Below, one piece after another: positions 60,263 to 64,000 of a stretch of 64,000 nucleotides of DNA (the stretch's first letter is position 1; each line of letters opens with the position of its first letter). The position numbers and the translations under genes were made by a program. The stretch is from contig CAVXLD010000007.1 of the NCBI GenBank assembly GCA_963762565.1, forward strand, positions 256,001 to 320,000, given 5' to 3'. The DNA is from an uncultured Verrucomicrobiae bacterium. GTDB lineage: Bacteria > Verrucomicrobiota > Verrucomicrobiia > Chthoniobacterales > JAFAMB01. The notes below the pieces were generated by a model, which was given only the letters and a program-made list of their open reading frames with translations, did not search any database and was not told where the DNA came from.

Positions 60263-61279
60263 TCAGGTTGTCAGGACTACCTTGCCAATGTTCCTGCGTT
60301 CTTCAATATAGGTTTGCGCTGCGCCGACCTGCGCGAGCGGGAAGCTCTTGTCCACATGGGGGCGAACCCAGCCATCCGCGACACCCTTCAACAGTATTTC
60401 CATCCAACCCGCAACCATACCGATCTCGTGCCACATGTGGCCGAGGTTCACCCCGAAGACGGATTTGTTGGAGCTCATCAGCGCGAGCGGATGAAAGAAG
60501 GGCGCGCCGAGCGCCACCGGCAGTAGGCGCAACGACCCGGATAGCTTTGAACTGGTTGCCACCGAAATGCCAAACACGCCGAGCCGTCCCGTTGAACGCA
60601 GCGCCTTGTAGCTCTTCCTCCAGTGCTTGCCGCCAAGCGGATCGGTGATTAGCGCCACGCCTTTCCCATTGGTGAGCCTGTCCAGTTCGACCGCCCAGTC
60701 CTTCGTGCGGTAGTCGATGGCTTCGTGCAGGCCGCGCTGCATCAGGAAGGCGTGCTTGCCGCTGCTTGCCGTTCCGTAGATGGTGGCGCCGATGTGGCGG
60801 GCGATGTCGATTGAGGCAAGCCCGACTCCCCCGCCGGCATTGTGAATCAGCACGGTCTCCTCGGGCCTCAATGCGCCCATGACCACGAGCAGTTGCCATG
60901 CTGTGAGGTAGTTTACCGGGATTGCCGCCGCGTGTTCATGGGAGAGCGAGGCCGGTTTGGCGAAGGCCTGTTTCTGGGGCACGATCAGCACGTCCGAATA
61001 GCCGCCGAAACGCGTCAGCGCGAAGACGTCTCTGCCGACCCAGGACGGGTCCACGTCGGGACCTGTGGCGTCCACCTTAGCGGATACTTCGTAGCCGATT
61101 ACGCAGGGAAGCTTGGGTGCGTCCGGATAGAGGCCCTGGCGCGGGAGGATGTCGGCAAAATTGACGCCGCTCGCTTTGACGCGAATGCGGATCTCGCCTC
61201 TAACGGGGTCCGGATCGGGCGATTCACGCAACTGTAGCTTGTCTACGCCACCATGACCCACGATGAAGATCTGTTTCAT
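60263..61279 (-). CDS. MDR family oxidoreductase (quinone reductase/VAT-1-like)
   Basis: GVNFAD, IPVNYLTAW, HNAGGGVG and RRNIGKVVL; start ATG at 61279. Confidence 0.9.
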   Translation of the reverse strand: MKQIFIVGHGGVDKLQLRESPDPDPVRGEIRIRVKASGVNFADILPRQGLYPDAPKLPCVIGYEVSAKVDATGPDVDPSWVGRDVFALTRFGGYSDVLIVPQKQAFAKPASLSHEHAAAIPVNYLTAWQLLVVMGALRPEETVLIHNAGGGVGLASIDIARHIGATIYGTASSGKHAFLMQRGLHEAIDYRTKDWAVELDRLTNGKGVALITDPLGGKHWRKSYKALRSTGRLGVFGISVATSSKLSGSLRLLPVALGAPFFHPLALMSSNKSVFGVNLGHMWHEIGMVAGWMEILLKGVADGWVRPHVDKSFPLAQVGAAQTYIEERRNIGKVVLTT

Positions 61280-61447
61280 TTGAAGCTCCTCACTGGCTAA
61301 CTCCGGTGACTCGTTGCGGTTCCACTTCATGTCGTATCGCAGCTCACGCGGGCACCAATACCCTAGTTTGAACTCGACGTAGTCCGCTAAGAAAATTTCA
61401 GCAAAAACGCCTAACCGGATTAATGTTGCTCGCCGAAAAGAGGACAC

Positions 61448-62921
61448 ATGCGTGTAGGCGATACCTGGAGAAAGCTCGCATCCAGTGACCTTGCTGTCTT
61501 GGTTCTATGGGCTACAGGCGGAGTTCTTCTGCATAGCGTCACCAATGGCCAATATGGTTTCCACAGTGACGAACTGGCCACCCTCGATGACGCACGCTCA
61601 CTGGCGTGGGGCTATGTTGCCTATCCGCCGCTCACGCCCTTCCTTGCGCGAATCGCATTCATTCTGTTTGGACCGTCGCTGATTGGGCTGCGTCTTTTTC
61701 CAGCCGCGGCGCTGGGTCTTGTTCTGGTGCTCACCGGTCTGATGGCTCGCCGTTTGGGAGGGGGAAGGCAAGCACAAGTCGCGGCAGCATTGGCCGCGGC
61801 GATCGGCGGTGTCGCATTCAGCGGTGGCTCGCTCTTTCAATACGTCAGCTTCGACTATCTGTGGTGGGTGGCGGCTGCGTACTTCATGGTTCGCCTTCTT
61901 GCCTCAGACGATCCTCGCTGGTGTCTCGCTGTCGGGGCTGCGATCGGTCTGGGAATGCTGACGAAGTACACCATGATCTTTCTGGCTGTGGGCATTGCTG
62001 CCGGCTTTGTTTTAACGCCGGCGAGGCGCCAACTCCGCAGCCCGTGGCTCTGGTGCGGCGTCGGTCTCGCACTCGTGATCTTCCTACCCAACCTGTCATG
62101 CTCGCGACATTCGCGTCGGACGAACCGATACATTTGTGCTCGACCAGTTCTGGATCGCGACGAACCCTCTCACTGTCCCATTGTGGCTGGCCGGCCTCTT
62201 CTATCTGTTCGCCACCCAGGATGGCAAGCGGTATCGCCCGATTGGTTGGATGTTCATTGTCCCTTTCGTGCTGTTCGTGATCGGAAGAGGTCGGGGGTAC
62301 TATATGGCCCCGGGCTATCCCATGTTGTTCGCTGCAGGGGCGGTATGGGGCGAGCGGTGGGTTGCTTCGTTGAGTTTGCGGTGCGCCCTCGTAATCCGAA
62401 GGACTATCTGGATGGCTCTTGCAATTGGTGCCCTGGTAGATGCCGCGATTGTTCTGCCAATTGCACCGCCCGGATCTTTGTGGTGGCGGTTCGCTGATAA
62501 AGCCCACGGCGGCGACTTCAATGAGGAAATCGGGTGGCCCGAGCTTGTCCAAACCATCGCCAGCATCCGCGATTCTCTACCGGTCGAAGAGCGATCCCGT
62601 TTAGGCATCATCGCAGGCGGTTCAGGCCAGGCCGGCGCAATCAATCTGTACGGCCCTGCGCTGAGGTTGCCGAGGGCAATCTGCGGGATGAACTCTGATT
62701 GGCTTCGCGGGTATGGCGATCCGCCTCCAGATACGGTGATCGTTGTAGGTCTGTCGCGCGAATTCGCAGAGAGCGCGTTCGAGTCTTGTCAAATTGCTGG
62801 TCATGTCAGCAATCGTTTCGGGATCGAAAACAGCGCCATTCGCAACACTGACATTTTTCTGTGCCACCGTCTGCGGCAGCCTTGGCCCCTGTTCTGGCAG
62901 GGATTCGAGTACTATGGCTAG
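61448..62921 (+). pseudogene. GT-C glycosyltransferase (GT39/PMT-like) with an internal deletion and frameshift
   Basis: YGFHSDEL, LAWGYVAYPPLTP, GMLTKY and FLPNL | HARDIRVGR..GRGYY..EEIGWPEL; the segment between PNL and HARD is missing at ~62096. Confidence 0.8.
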
Positions 62922-63009
62922 CCAGCTAGAGGAGTAATGGATAACGGGGAACTCTTCGGTTCTCATTTTCTTAGCTGCCTGGCACAAGGACTCTATGACC
63001 AGAATCCTT

Positions 63010-63699
63010 CTAGTGGCGCAAAACCGATTGCACAATAATGTCTGCTGTGCGCTCGAAGCCGAGTTTAGCGGTGTTTAGGACGAGATGATAGAGCAAAGGG
63101 TTATCCCCATCAGCGTCGAAATAGCGTCTTACGTAGCGACGCCGAGCATGATCCTCGTCTGAGACTTTCAGTGCTGCTTCATTCGGCGACATTCCATAGA
63201 ATTCCACTGCGTGGTCAATTCGTTTCGACAATGGCGCAACTAGTCGGACATGAAGGACAGAAGGTAAAAGCTGAGTAATTACCTCTGCACCTCGACCTAC
63301 TACGACGACTCTGCCCATACTGGTGAGTCGTAGAATCGTCTTGGTTGTTTGTTGGACCAACGACCAAGAAGTTGGATGGAGCCCTAATAGTTCTTCCACA
63401 ATCGACTGAATCGGTAGCCGCGCATCCTCAACCATAAACTCTTCTAAGCGTGATGGAAGCTTATGCTCGACTAGGACTTGTTTCGCCAGGTTCTTATCGA
63501 AAACCGTCCAGGCGGCTTCATTCGCTGCCGGCTTTTTGATTGCGTTTAGGCGATCAACGACTAACTGCGCGACGGTACTGGCGCCGGCCCCTGATTCCCG
63601 CGAGATCGTGATCGATGGTTCTCGGGGGCGGGGCGCCTTCTCTTTGATGGCTACCTGCAGCTGCAGGTAGCGACGGAACATTTCAAGTGCTGGACCCAA
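63010..63699 (-). CDS. Cytidylate-kinase-like family protein
   Basis: ITISRESGAGA, VVVGRGA, LHVRLVAP, D..RRRYV and YHLVLNT; the 5' end abuts the IS110 remnant. Confidence 0.85.
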   Translation of the reverse strand: MGPALEMFRRYLQLQVAIKEKAPRPREPSITISRESGAGASTVAQLVVDRLNAIKKPAANEAAWTVFDKNLAKQVLVEHKLPSRLEEFMVEDARLPIQSIVEELLGLHPTSWSLVQQTTKTILRLTSMGRVVVVGRGAEVITQLLPSVLHVRLVAPLSKRIDHAVEFYGMSPNEAALKVSDEDHARRRYVRRYFDADGDNPLLYHLVLNTAKLGFERTADIIVQSVLRH

Positions 63700-64000
63700 G
63701 ATAGCTCCCCGCTTGCTGGCCGAGATTGGCGACGACCGCGAGCGCTTCGGCGATGACGCTCAAGGGCTGCAATGCCTGGGCGGAACAGCCCCAGTGACCA
63801 AACGTTCCGGAAAACAGCGCAAATACTGGCACGTTCATCAGCGCTGGGCGTGTGACAAACACCTTCGCCACACTCTGCATCTGTTTGCTGAGCAGAGTCT
63901 GTCCCGTTGCGTTTGGGCCGAGCTCTACTATCAGCATCATCGCCAAAAGAACCAAAGTCACGCCAATGCCTTACGCCGGCTCGCTAACCGCTGGCTCAAA
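63686..64000 (+). mobile_element. IS110-family transposase, C-terminal remnant (runs off the window)
   Basis: Hand translation AGPKIAPRLLAEIGDDRERF..LQCLGGTAPVTKRSGK..LRHTLHLFA..YYQHHRQKNQSHANALRRLANRWLK; the N-terminal RuvC-like part is absent. Confidence 0.85.

Overview
A 64-kb bacterial chromosomal window. The style of the autotransporter, Ser/Thr kinase and STAND proteins suggests a soil Verrucomicrobiota (Chthoniobacterales-like) genome; this is inference only. I saw no rRNA, tRNA or CRISPR array. In order, it holds: an autotransporter running off the left edge (absent from the ORF track); a kinase-TM-PEGA-Sel1 receptor; a CoA-transferase/crotonase pair; a ~1700-aa DUF4062-like/nSTAND1/TM/15xWD40 NLR-like protein; a conflict/defence islet at 15.6-21.1 kb (orphan AbrB joined to truncated thpR, a degenerate ORF coupled to a RelE-like toxin, a CONVERGENT XRE-HTH gene, and a TOTE-type AEP primase-SF2 helicase-DUF559 fusion); SDR, AKR and pdxA; a LytS/LytTR pair with a LytTR-type direct repeat; an RND pump; SulP with a Tat-signal beta-carbonic anhydrase; an L,D-transpeptidase; a two-component/sulfatase/SphA/FGE cluster ending in a candidate permuted papain-like enzyme; sdhCAB plus a DASS transporter; gapN and pfkA; and a partly decayed right end that stops in an IS110 remnant. 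Intergenic DNA is dense in palindromic REP-like families. These include two 246-bp REPIN-like elements with diverged cores, symmetric and reciprocal nesting of one REP inside another, and 7/8-mer tandem arrays that supply gene stop codons. Many frameshifts are single-base losses in short homopolymers and are probably sequencing errors. Nonsense codons and larger deletions at 52-64 kb look like real decay.
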